Source: a virus | Taxonomy: Duplodnaviria; Caudoviricetes | IMG/VR virus record: IMGVR_UViG_3300028805_000088 | Span: 1-64,000 of that record | Length of the DNA stretch: 64,000 nt | Direction: 5' to 3' (one strand) | Shown: positions 28,681-38,026 of the stretch, piece by piece | How the letters are laid out: every line of letters begins with the position of its first letter | Numbering within the stretch: position 1 is the first letter of the stretch | Program-made: the position numbers and the translations under genes | Notes under the pieces: generated by a model | What the model was told of the DNA's origin: nothing | The model's database searches: none | Seen by the model: the letters and a program-made list of their open reading frames with translations, nothing else

Positions 28681-30690
28681 TTAATCCTTTTTAACTGTGT
28701 ATACTGTACTGTCCCCATCTGTTGAAGTTTCAACATGATAGCCTTCTGGAACAAATGATGTGTGTTCACCCTCTGCCCTATTATCTGCTGGATTGAAGTC
28801 ATAGAACTTACCGCCAGTTACAACAATCTTTGCAGTTCCTGCTCTGTAATTTGCATCATAGCAGTTCAATAAGAATGTCTTATCGTCACCAAGGTTCTTG
28901 AATACACCAGCACTGATGTTGATTGTACCAAGATAGCAATAGATGAGTTCACCACCGCTTCTGTCTGTTACATAAGTAGGTTCAGCAGCGAAGAATCCAC
29001 TTGTACCACTTAAGTTGATTACGGTATCAGCACCATTTGTCTCAACGGCAATACGCCCAGCAGCATCGAAAGTTCCATTGCCCATAATTGTGAGTTTTTG
29101 CTGTCCTCTTGTCATAATGCTAGGGTTATTTGTTGTTGAGCCACTGAATGTAAGGTTCTTTCCATTGAGATTCAACGTGGTCTCGTTCTTAGATGTGATT
29201 CCACCAGTGTATGTTGATGTTGTGATGTCTTCTCCTAATTTAACAGTACCATTCTTCTTCATCATATTGTTGAAAGTACCGTCAGCAGGAACACCCCACT
29301 CAACATTTCCTCCAAGTTCACTTACTATTTCCTTCAAGTTGTTATAGTCCTTCTTAACTTGAACAATCTCAGCTTCCTTCTCAGAAATCAAAGCATCCAC
29401 CTCTTCCTTGGTATAGGTTGTTTCCCTATCAGCCTTCAAGTCAATTGCAGACTGCAAATCAGTTTCAGCAGAAATAGCCCTCTGAGACTCATTCTCAACC
29501 TCAGTGAATAAATTGTCCACAGCACCACTTATAATGCTGTCAACAGCCGCCAAATCGCCAACAAAACCATCAACTGAAGCTTTATCATAGTAATTGTTTG
29601 GGTTGAATATGTCTGTCAAAGGAATCTGAATATCTTGCTTTCCACTATCTGTATTGAAAGTAATAACAAGCTTATCGTTTTCTATTTTAACATCATCAAC
29701 CATTCCATCCTTAATGAATTTAGACGCATCGATTGAATCAATCTTCTCGTTATTAGCATTATAGAAGTCAATAGTCTTTCCACTCTCATCATATTCAACG
29801 CTAGCCACAGCTTCAGCCTTGCGGTCTGCAACTTCTTGGTCAATCTTAGCATCAAGTGCGGTTTCAGCAGATTTAGCCCTTGCCTCTTCATCATCAACAT
29901 CAGCCTTTCTATCAGCAATCTCGTTAGTGAGTAATGTTCTAATCTCTTGTTCTGCTGATGTTGCACGACTTTCTTCGGAACTAAGTTCATCGTTTGTTGT
30001 ATCAATTCTATGATTAAGTTGTCCCTCTGTTTGTGTTGCACGAGTTTTTTCAGCCTCTAATGCTGTTTCGATTTCATCTTCCCTAGCCTTTGCTCTAGTT
30101 TCCTCTGCATCAACATCAGCTATTCTATCAGCAATTTCTTGGTCAAGTTTAGACTCTATTCTCTGTTCCTCTGCTGTTGCTCTTGCAATTTCTTGGTCAA
30201 GTTTAGACTCTATTCTCTGTTCCTCACCTTCTGCACGGTCTTTTTCCACCTCAATATCAGCCTTAACGCCAGCAACCTTGACACCATTTTCACTTACTGT
30301 TAAATAATCGTCAGAATCACCGTCAATAAGAACCTTTACTACATGGTCGTTAATGGTAAGTCCATCCTTGAACTCATTCTCATCGAGAAGGTCTGTAAGG
30401 TCAATTGTTATAACGTCACCATTTGTAAAGGTGATAGTTAAGATACCATCTTTATACTCAGTTTTTTCAATGATAGAATCAGACTTAACAAAGTCAGAAA
30501 CATTTAATTCTCCGACTTTATTTCCATCTTTATTGTAAAAGTAGATTTTATTATCATCTTTTACGTATTTGGTATCAGCGAAAAAACTATCTAAATCGTT
30601 TTCGTGAATTATATCAGCACTCTGGTAATTATTTTCGTCTTGATAGCCCCAAGGCTCATACATTCTAGTTTTTTTCTTTTGTAATGCCAT
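28681..30690 (-). CDS. Fibre protein with C-terminal beta-helix-like domain
   Basis: Two shared linker domains, a 54-bp direct repeat (EEQRIESKLDQEIA twice), C-terminal LNLNGKNL..LNCYDANY..GGKFYDFNPA; late motif at 30721. Confidence 0.7.
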   Translation of the reverse strand: MALQKKKTRMYEPWGYQDENNYQSADIIHENDLDSFFADTKYVKDDNKIYFYNKDGNKVGELNVSDFVKSDSIIEKTEYKDGILTITFTNGDVITIDLTDLLDENEFKDGLTINDHVVKVLIDGDSDDYLTVSENGVKVAGVKADIEVEKDRAEGEEQRIESKLDQEIARATAEEQRIESKLDQEIADRIADVDAEETRAKAREDEIETALEAEKTRATQTEGQLNHRIDTTNDELSSEESRATSAEQEIRTLLTNEIADRKADVDDEEARAKSAETALDAKIDQEVADRKAEAVASVEYDESGKTIDFYNANNEKIDSIDASKFIKDGMVDDVKIENDKLVITFNTDSGKQDIQIPLTDIFNPNNYYDKASVDGFVGDLAAVDSIISGAVDNLFTEVENESQRAISAETDLQSAIDLKADRETTYTKEEVDALISEKEAEIVQVKKDYNNLKEIVSELGGNVEWGVPADGTFNNMMKKNGTVKLGEDITTSTYTGGITSKNETTLNLNGKNLTFSGSTTNNPSIMTRGQQKLTIMGNGTFDAAGRIAVETNGADTVINLSGTSGFFAAEPTYVTDRSGGELIYCYLGTINISAGVFKNLGDDKTFLLNCYDANYRAGTAKIVVTGGKFYDFNPADNRAEGEHTSFVPEGYHVETSTDGDSTVYTVKKD

Positions 30691-30829
30691 CGTTATAATT
30701 ATATTACTTTGTTATTTAAATATAAATATTTTGATGATACAGATTATATTTTCCTAATTTAATATTTTTTAAGAAAAATAATTTGGTTGTTTCAATTATT
30801 TTTCGTACATTTGCAAAAAACAATAAAAT

Positions 30830-31045
30830 ATGAGAAACGGATATTGGAAATGCGAATTTGAAAACAAAAATGGCGAAATTATAGAGAAAACCATCTATGC
30901 GAAGACATCATACGGTGCATTCAAACACACTTTTGAAATGGGTGTGAGGGATGGTTTAGAGCCAAAGTATGAAACACTAAGAGAGGCAACTGACGAAGAA
31001 GCCAAAGAATTTAAAAAAACGATAAAGAATAAAACAAAAAATTAA
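30830..31045 (+). CDS. Small hypothetical early protein
   Basis: Host-type promoter at 30806. Confidence 0.6.
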   Translation: MRNGYWKCEFENKNGEIIEKTIYAKTSYGAFKHTFEMGVRDGLEPKYETLREATDEEAKEFKKTIKNKTKN

Positions 31046-31050
31046 ACTAT

Positions 31051-31278
31051 ATGGAAGAAAATTTTGACAGAGAATATTACATCGCAGCAATATGTGATAA
31101 ATTTGCTTGTGATGGCATTGATGTAGACCTTTATTTTGAGACAGTAAACAAGGCAATCGACAAAACATTGGATGAATACACTGAAAATGGAAGTCTGTTA
31201 ATCGAAGACTACGATATGTTTGACCAAGACCTTTATACAAATGTATCAAATGGTTTGGAAGGGCTGTACGATGATTAA
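31051..31278 (+). CDS. Small acidic hypothetical early protein
   Basis: Follows the previous ORF by 5 nt. Confidence 0.6.
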   Translation: MEENFDREYYIAAICDKFACDGIDVDLYFETVNKAIDKTLDEYTENGSLLIEDYDMFDQDLYTNVSNGLEGLYDD

Positions 31279-33044
31279 AAGCCTGAATTAGAAAACGCAT
31301 TAACCAAACATAACAGATTGCTAGAACTTTGTTCTGGCAATTTTTCTTCCAATGCATCAATTACAATCTTCAGTGTTGCTCCGCTGTTGATGTCCTCATC
31401 GAAAATCAAGAACTTGGCATTCTTGAACCTATCCATCAACTCTCCATTTGTCATATAACCATCAGCAATTATATATAAGTTAGACAAAAAAGGACGGAAC
31501 ATTTTCTTGAAACTAGTTATTTTGAACTTTTTGATATTAAATCTAAGTTTATATCCGTTTTTTTTCAAAATATCTGAGTATTCCTGCACTAGATTCATAG
31601 TTTCCATCAATAACTGATTAAACGCTTTTATCCCTATTTTCGTTTTTATTCTAAGAGAAACCTCGTTAAATATCCTTCTTGAATCATATTGTTTAGTATA
31701 TAGTTTATTCTTCTCCTTTAAAAAATTCTTAACCAGATGTGTTGACACATTATCACCATTAAGGTTTTCTATGATTGTGTTGTATGCATAAATCATAGTA
31801 CAGTCAAAAACCTCTTCTAATGATATTTTCTCCCTACTGTGGCTTTCAATTGATATATTACCGAATATATCCCTATTGTCGTAAATAAAGTTACGGATTG
31901 GCTCGGATACAATATACCCAATTTCATTATATGCTATGTTTTTGGCTTGACTTTCAAATTCCAACACATCCTTTGGTGAAAAACCTTTTGACAGCAAATC
32001 CTCACCATCGGCATACCTAACGTTAATTACATTCCTCTTGAAAAAATCACTGATATATTTAATTCCTAGTTTATTGGATAAATTATGGCAATAATATTCA
32101 TTGAATTTTGACGAAGATGGTGCTGAAACTATAAAATCTGGACTAAACCCTTCTTTCCTTAAGGCATAGGCTGCATAATTAACCGATTTATCCAAAAATT
32201 GAGAAACACTTGAATATTCATTGCCTCCGTTTAAACCATATTGCTGCTTAAAATGTCCATCCTTAACTCCATTAAGGGAAAAATTTTGCGCAATATTTGG
32301 CGTTATGGAATTGTCATATCTTATATCCAACTGTTTCAAATTTCCATTTTGGTCTTTCTCCCTACTGTCTTTATCAATACCTAGTAACGAGTCAGTATTG
32401 CCATTTTGCCTTATACTTCCGTGTTTAATCGCATCGCTGAAATTGAAATCAGTCATGGAAAACAACGATATATACTTGACATTGGTGTTTGGAACAATAC
32501 CAGTTATATATCTCGCAATATTATTACTATTATCGTCAGAATTAGATACCCTACCATAAGTCATTGACAACCTATTATAGTCAGATTCTATTCTATTAAT
32601 TGATTTTTTACACAAATCTATTATTCTGTTATCAGAAAAAGATGAATTAAGCCATTTGTTTATTGATGTCTCAGTTATTTTGTCCAAACCATTAGGAAGA
32701 ACACATTTACCCACACGACCATTGGTAACATAATCAATAACTATCTTGTATGCATCAATAGCTGCCTTCTTTGACACATAATCTTGAGATAATGATTTTG
32801 AATTACCCATAGGCTTACCATTTTTTGACAGCATCTTTCCATTTAAAATATCATCTTTTGTTCCGAACACACGAGTATCAACACTATTAGCACCCTTGTT
32901 GGAATTGTTGTCTTTCCTCTGATTTACGGACAAATTTAACATACCATTATCTAAACGAGTCCAATCAATGCCCTCCAATGCTAATAGCCTTGACTCGTTT
33001 ATATAGATTTTTTTTGAACTATTGTCTTTCGTATATAATATCAT
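31275..33044 (-). CDS. Phosphoribosyltransferase-fold protein, large
   Basis: PDFIVSAPSSSKFN and PRPP-loop-like FLIFDEDINSGATL; N-terminal KKIYINES motif. Confidence 0.6.
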   Translation of the reverse strand: MILYTKDNSSKKIYINESRLLALEGIDWTRLDNGMLNLSVNQRKDNNSNKGANSVDTRVFGTKDDILNGKMLSKNGKPMGNSKSLSQDYVSKKAAIDAYKIVIDYVTNGRVGKCVLPNGLDKITETSINKWLNSSFSDNRIIDLCKKSINRIESDYNRLSMTYGRVSNSDDNSNNIARYITGIVPNTNVKYISLFSMTDFNFSDAIKHGSIRQNGNTDSLLGIDKDSREKDQNGNLKQLDIRYDNSITPNIAQNFSLNGVKDGHFKQQYGLNGGNEYSSVSQFLDKSVNYAAYALRKEGFSPDFIVSAPSSSKFNEYYCHNLSNKLGIKYISDFFKRNVINVRYADGEDLLSKGFSPKDVLEFESQAKNIAYNEIGYIVSEPIRNFIYDNRDIFGNISIESHSREKISLEEVFDCTMIYAYNTIIENLNGDNVSTHLVKNFLKEKNKLYTKQYDSRRIFNEVSLRIKTKIGIKAFNQLLMETMNLVQEYSDILKKNGYKLRFNIKKFKITSFKKMFRPFLSNLYIIADGYMTNGELMDRFKNAKFLIFDEDINSGATLKIVIDALEEKLPEQSSSNLLCLVNAFSNSGF

Positions 33045-33424
33045 AAAACTTTTCTACCAAATACCTTGTTTATTGATTCAATAATCGCACGTTTGATTAT
33101 TCCTTCATTTTTCTCCCATTCATAGTCATTGTTATCCCTCTCACCGTTGTAAGTCTCATAGTTATCATCATTCCAAACAACCTCTCTAGGTCGTTTTTGA
33201 GCATTCTGAGGCGTTTTAACTATCTGTTGGCTATCGTAGTCCAACAACTCCTTTAAATGCCTTGTAAGTGCTGTGTATAAACTTTGGTCATAACCCTTCT
33301 TACCACCAATACGCTTCATATGGTATCCTAGTTTTTCAGCAAATACATGAATTGCCCTAGGAGAGATATTCTTTCCTAGAGAATTTCTAAATTTCTTACT
33401 TATTTCTTGTGCCGACCACAACAT
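33041..33424 (-). CDS. Hypothetical late protein
   Basis: 127 aa, late motif at 33441, coupled to the PRTase gene. Confidence 0.6.
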   Translation of the reverse strand: MLWSAQEISKKFRNSLGKNISPRAIHVFAEKLGYHMKRIGGKKGYDQSLYTALTRHLKELLDYDSQQIVKTPQNAQKRPREVVWNDDNYETYNGERDNNDYEWEKNEGIIKRAIIESINKVFGRKVL

Positions 33425-33584
33425 ATTTTTCTATTTATTATATAAATAGATTTTCAACTCAAATAATATTTATTCCAATTTATTTGTTTTTTTAGATTTT
33501 TTAACATATATTTGCACAAAATTAAGAAGTGATGACATCTTGGTATGCCTATAGCTTCCAATAACGATATAAACAGTTCAAATA

Positions 33585-36500
33585 ATGAGAGAAATTACAA
33601 GCGAGGTCGTTAACACATTCCTCAACGGACATGACCCAATGGAACATATTATTACCATTGAGTGCGCCTATGACGAAGACAAGGTTAGCATCGTCTACAT
33701 TAACGACAAAGGACAAAAAAGAATCAAACTAGATGACTTTAAACCATTTGTGTGGGTTAAAAACAGTGCTGCAATCCGATTATTCGGAGGTGACAGAAAG
33801 AAAATAATGTCAAGACTCAGACAGTATGGAATAAGTGTCAAAAAACTCATTACAACAGAAGAGGGCAAGGCAGAAGTAAGTGACCGACTTGAAAACGGCT
33901 ATAAGTACATGTTCTATGCCACAAGGAGAATGAGCAACAAAACATTCCAACAGTTCTTTCAAGAAGCTGGAGTTCCAATTAATGAAAGAGCTAAAAAAGA
34001 CCAACCAAACGAATCAAACAGAGAATTTCTAGCAGTAACACCAGTTGAACAATATATGATTCAAACTGGTAAACGTCTATTTAAAGGTTATAATAACTAC
34101 GATGACCTTACACGTCTCACGTTTGACTTGGAAACACAAGGTCTTAACCCTAAAATACACAGAATTGAACAGATTGGTATTCACACCAATAAGGGTTATG
34201 ACAAAATCATTGAAATAGAGGGTAAGACAAAAGCTGAGTTAGATGCTGCTGAAATGGCTGGAATTGAACAAGCGATTTTTATTCTATCACAGATTCAGCC
34301 AGATGTAATCGCAGGTCATAACTCAGAAAACTTTGACTGGGATTTCTTCATGGTTCGTTATGATGAACTTGGTGGAGATTTCCAAGAAATGACACTGAGA
34401 TACTTTAAACACCCAATATATAAGAAAGCAAAAGAATCTGTTCTAAAGTTAGGACAAGAGGTGGAATACTATCGCCCAACTGTAATGTGGGGCCACATTA
34501 TCCTAGACTCATTACATGCAGCACGTAGAGCGCAAGCATTGGATTCAAGTATGAAGTCCTCAAACTTGAAATACGTCACCAAATACCTTAAATTAAAGAA
34601 GCCAAATAGGGTGTATGTTCCTGGTGATAAGATTACATCAACTTGGAATGTTCAAGAAAAAGTATATGGTTTCTCAGATACAGATGGAGATTGGTACAGA
34701 ATTACAGAAAAAAGACCATTGCTAGATGGTTATGAACTTGTGAGTGGACGTTACATTGTAGAACGTTATCTTCTCGATGACTTGTGGGAAACCGATAAGG
34801 TTGAAGAGAAACTTAATGAGTCTAACTTCTTGGTAGGTAAGATGTTACCAACAACATTTACTAGGGCTTGCACAATGGGTACAGCAGGTATTTGGAAACT
34901 TATCATGCTTGCATGGTGTTATGAAAATGGTTTGGCAGTGCCAGCAGCAGCGCCTAGCAAACGTTTCACAGGTGGCCTCTCACGACTTCTTAAGACTGGT
35001 TTCGTTGACCGCATTGTTAAACTTGACTATAACTCCTTGTATCCTTCAATAATTCTTACATGGCATGTGTCAACGCCAATTGATATTATGAATGTCATGC
35101 TTTCATTCCTTGAATACATTCTAACACAGCGTGAGAAATACAAAGATTTGAAGGGTGCAGCAGGTGATAGGGCAAAATCTCTCAAGAAAGAACTAGCAGC
35201 ATACGATGGATTGGATGAATTGTTTAAGAGGAATCTAAAGACTGAAATTCAGAAATGGGAGATTGAGAAAACAGGTAACGATAAAAAACAGTTGCCTTTG
35301 AAAATTCTTGCTAACTCATTCTTCGGTTCTTATGGTGCTCCTAATATATTCCCATTCGGTGATGTTGATGCAGCAGAAAAAACAACTTGTATTGGTCGTA
35401 TGTCTCTTAGACTTATGATTTATCATTTTACACAAATTGGCTATACTCCTATCGTGGGTGATAGTGTCACATACGACACTCCTATACTTGTTAAAGGTGA
35501 AGATAATAGAATTGACATTATCCCTATATGTGATTTGTTCAATGAGAATGAAGCAGTTGAATTTAACAAAGAACAATACAGAGATTTCTCTAAAAAAAAT
35601 TGTAAAGTTCTTACAAGGGATGGATGGAAATCTATTGAATATGTATACAAACACAAGACAAGCAAGCAACTCAAAAGAGTAGAAACAAAAAACGGACTTA
35701 TTGACTGCACAGAAGACCATTCTTTGTTCGATAATAATGGTAATGAAGTAAAACCTTCTACACTTACTCGTGGTGACAAAATAGAAGTATACACCAAAGA
35801 TATTGACTATTTCGTAAGTTCAACAGTAACTGATAGAGAGGCTTGGCTATTTGGCTTCTTTATGGCTGATGGCAGCTCTGTATACTGTGACAGAACCCAA
35901 AAATATTACTCTAAACGAAAGGGTGAATGGGTAATACATAATGGTAAAAGAGCTAATTGGAAAATCTCTAATAAATCTCTTGATAGACTTAATAAAGCAA
36001 AAGAAATATTAGAAGATAGCTTCTTACTTAAAGCATCAATTAAAGACCATAGAACATCATCAAACGTCTATAATTTGGTTGTAGAAAATGTTGAGAATGC
36101 TAAATTTTTCTCTAATAATTTCTACACATCATACAGATATAAAAAGGTTCCAGAGTTTATATTGAATGCTAAGAAAGAAGTTAAAAAAGCATTCTTAGAT
36201 GGATTCTGTTGTGGTGATGGACAAAACGATACAATTGATGAATGTATAGAATTTGGTCAGAAATCAAAGGTAGCTATGGCTGGGCTTTATTTCTTGATGA
36301 AAGAACTTGGGTATAATTTCCGTTGTCATAATAGAAACGATAAACAAGAATTCATTAGTTTCAGTCTTAGGAATCATCGTGGAAATCTATTGAACGAAAA
36401 CTATTCAGATAGGAAAGAAGATGAGGTGTGGAATTGCGGAAGCATTACTAGCAAATCAGAATATGTATACGACATATCAGCTAATGGTACATTCGTAAAT

Positions 36501-37982
36501 GCTCTTGGTATGATTGTATGCCACAATACTGATGGCTTCAATTTCCAAATGCCAACAGAAGATAAATTCAGATACACAGAAGAGCATCCTTATATTGGTA
36601 AGGGCCTTGGACGTAATACGGAAAAAGGTAAAGCCTATACCAAAGTAGAAGCTGACGTTGCAGAGTTTGAAGATATGTATATGTCTCAAGCATATAATGG
36701 AGGTATTAACAAAATGGGTCTTGGTATTGATGAATATTGTGATGCAACTATTAACTTCGCAAGAAAGAACTATGCCGACTTAATGCCTGATGGTACAACT
36801 AAGAAGGTTGGTAACACAATTAAGTCAAGAAAGATGAGTGGATACCTTGAGAAATTCATTGACGAAGGCGTAGATTTGCTTCTTAGGGGAAATGGATATA
36901 AATTCTTGTCGAATTATTATGATTATATAGAAAAAATTTACAATTATCAAATTCCAATTAAGGACATAGCTTCTAAGGGTAATATCAAGAAGACGATTAA
37001 AGATTATATTGCAGACTGTAAAACATTAACAAAAGCTGGCTCAAAGAAATCTCGTCAAGCTTGGTATGAACTTGTGATAAGAGAAAATATGAATGTAAAT
37101 GTAAGTGACACAATATATTACATTAATACTGGTACCAAAAAAGGTCACTCTGATGTAAAACGTGTAACACACTATTATGCATATGATGAGAATGGCGATA
37201 AAATTGAAATAACAAAAGAGGTTGAAAAATTATACAAAGAAAACTCAAAGGTTGCTGCTGATGCTGGTGTTGACTCAAAGAAAACTCGTCTTGAGTTTGC
37301 AAAACAGCAATATGGCTCATCTGCATTTGATGAAGATGAAATCATACTTAACTGTAAACTAGTTCCAAATGAAATCCTTGATAAAGAGGAAGACGTTCTT
37401 TGCAGCGAATATGAAGGATTGGAATACAATGTGGAGAAATACATTGACCAATTCAATAAAAGAATAACACCATTGTTGGTTTGTTTCCACCCAGATATTA
37501 GGAATAAAATATTGATAAATAACCCAAAAGACAGACTTTTCTTTACAGAAGAGCAATCTAAATTAGTAAGCGGTTATCCTAATAAGGAAGAAGACCAAGA
37601 TACGTTTGAGGCGTTGATGACCCCAGAAAGAAAAGAAATAGAATTTTGGGTTAAAATTAATGAAACTCCTCCTTTTATAAAAGAATGTAATATTGATTGG
37701 GATGCACTAGTGAAAAAATACTTGGAAGATGTTGAAAACGAGAAAAACGAACTCTTTGAAACAGAAAACGCCAAATACCTTGAGGCATTGGATGCTATTA
37801 CGAATAAAGACGTTGAGGAATTTGAAAGCGAAGGCAAAATACCAACCGTATTATCAACAATAGTTACATTAGGTTCTGATATGAGATTCTATTTCAAGAA
37901 AATACCAAATAAAACTCCATCTACTGGAGGCTTCATCTTTGATGACATACAATATGATTATATTGATAGAAATGAACAATAA
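33585..37982 (+). CDS. Family B DNA polymerase with intein
   Basis: Exo I FDLET, Exo II GHNSENFDW, region II LDYNSLYPS, region III KILANSFFG, split motif VGD/TDG. Confidence 0.95.
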   Translation: MREITSEVVNTFLNGHDPMEHIITIECAYDEDKVSIVYINDKGQKRIKLDDFKPFVWVKNSAAIRLFGGDRKKIMSRLRQYGISVKKLITTEEGKAEVSDRLENGYKYMFYATRRMSNKTFQQFFQEAGVPINERAKKDQPNESNREFLAVTPVEQYMIQTGKRLFKGYNNYDDLTRLTFDLETQGLNPKIHRIEQIGIHTNKGYDKIIEIEGKTKAELDAAEMAGIEQAIFILSQIQPDVIAGHNSENFDWDFFMVRYDELGGDFQEMTLRYFKHPIYKKAKESVLKLGQEVEYYRPTVMWGHIILDSLHAARRAQALDSSMKSSNLKYVTKYLKLKKPNRVYVPGDKITSTWNVQEKVYGFSDTDGDWYRITEKRPLLDGYELVSGRYIVERYLLDDLWETDKVEEKLNESNFLVGKMLPTTFTRACTMGTAGIWKLIMLAWCYENGLAVPAAAPSKRFTGGLSRLLKTGFVDRIVKLDYNSLYPSIILTWHVSTPIDIMNVMLSFLEYILTQREKYKDLKGAAGDRAKSLKKELAAYDGLDELFKRNLKTEIQKWEIEKTGNDKKQLPLKILANSFFGSYGAPNIFPFGDVDAAEKTTCIGRMSLRLMIYHFTQIGYTPIVGDSVTYDTPILVKGEDNRIDIIPICDLFNENEAVEFNKEQYRDFSKKNCKVLTRDGWKSIEYVYKHKTSKQLKRVETKNGLIDCTEDHSLFDNNGNEVKPSTLTRGDKIEVYTKDIDYFVSSTVTDREAWLFGFFMADGSSVYCDRTQKYYSKRKGEWVIHNGKRANWKISNKSLDRLNKAKEILEDSFLLKASIKDHRTSSNVYNLVVENVENAKFFSNNFYTSYRYKKVPEFILNAKKEVKKAFLDGFCCGDGQNDTIDECIEFGQKSKVAMAGLYFLMKELGYNFRCHNRNDKQEFISFSLRNHRGNLLNENYSDRKEDEVWNCGSITSKSEYVYDISANGTFVNALGMIVCHNTDGFNFQMPTEDKFRYTEEHPYIGKGLGRNTEKGKAYTKVEADVAEFEDMYMSQAYNGGINKMGLGIDEYCDATINFARKNYADLMPDGTTKKVGNTIKSRKMSGYLEKFIDEGVDLLLRGNGYKFLSNYYDYIEKIYNYQIPIKDIASKGNIKKTIKDYIADCKTLTKAGSKKSRQAWYELVIRENMNVNVSDTIYYINTGTKKGHSDVKRVTHYYAYDENGDKIEITKEVEKLYKENSKVAADAGVDSKKTRLEFAKQQYGSSAFDEDEIILNCKLVPNEILDKEEDVLCSEYEGLEYNVEKYIDQFNKRITPLLVCFHPDIRNKILINNPKDRLFFTEEQSKLVSGYPNKEEDQDTFEALMTPERKEIEFWVKINETPPFIKECNIDWDALVKKYLEDVENEKNELFETENAKYLEALDAITNKDVEEFESEGKIPTVLSTIVTLGSDMRFYFKKIPNKTPSTGGFIFDDIQYDYIDRNEQ
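35463..36527 (+). mobile_element. Intein with LAGLIDADG homing endonuclease, 355 aa
   Basis: Begins SVTYDTPILV after VGD and ends VCHN before TDG; WLFGFFMADG and AFLDGFCCGDG motifs. Confidence 0.93.
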
Positions 37983-37987
37983 AAAAA

Positions 37988-38010
37988 GAGGCTAGAACTA
38001 ATCTAGCCTC
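37988..38010. terminator. Bidirectional terminator with AACTAAT loop
   Basis: GAGGCTAG-AACTAAT-CTAGCCTC with A/T tails. Confidence 0.75.
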
Positions 38011-38026
38011 CTTTTTATTTTATTAG

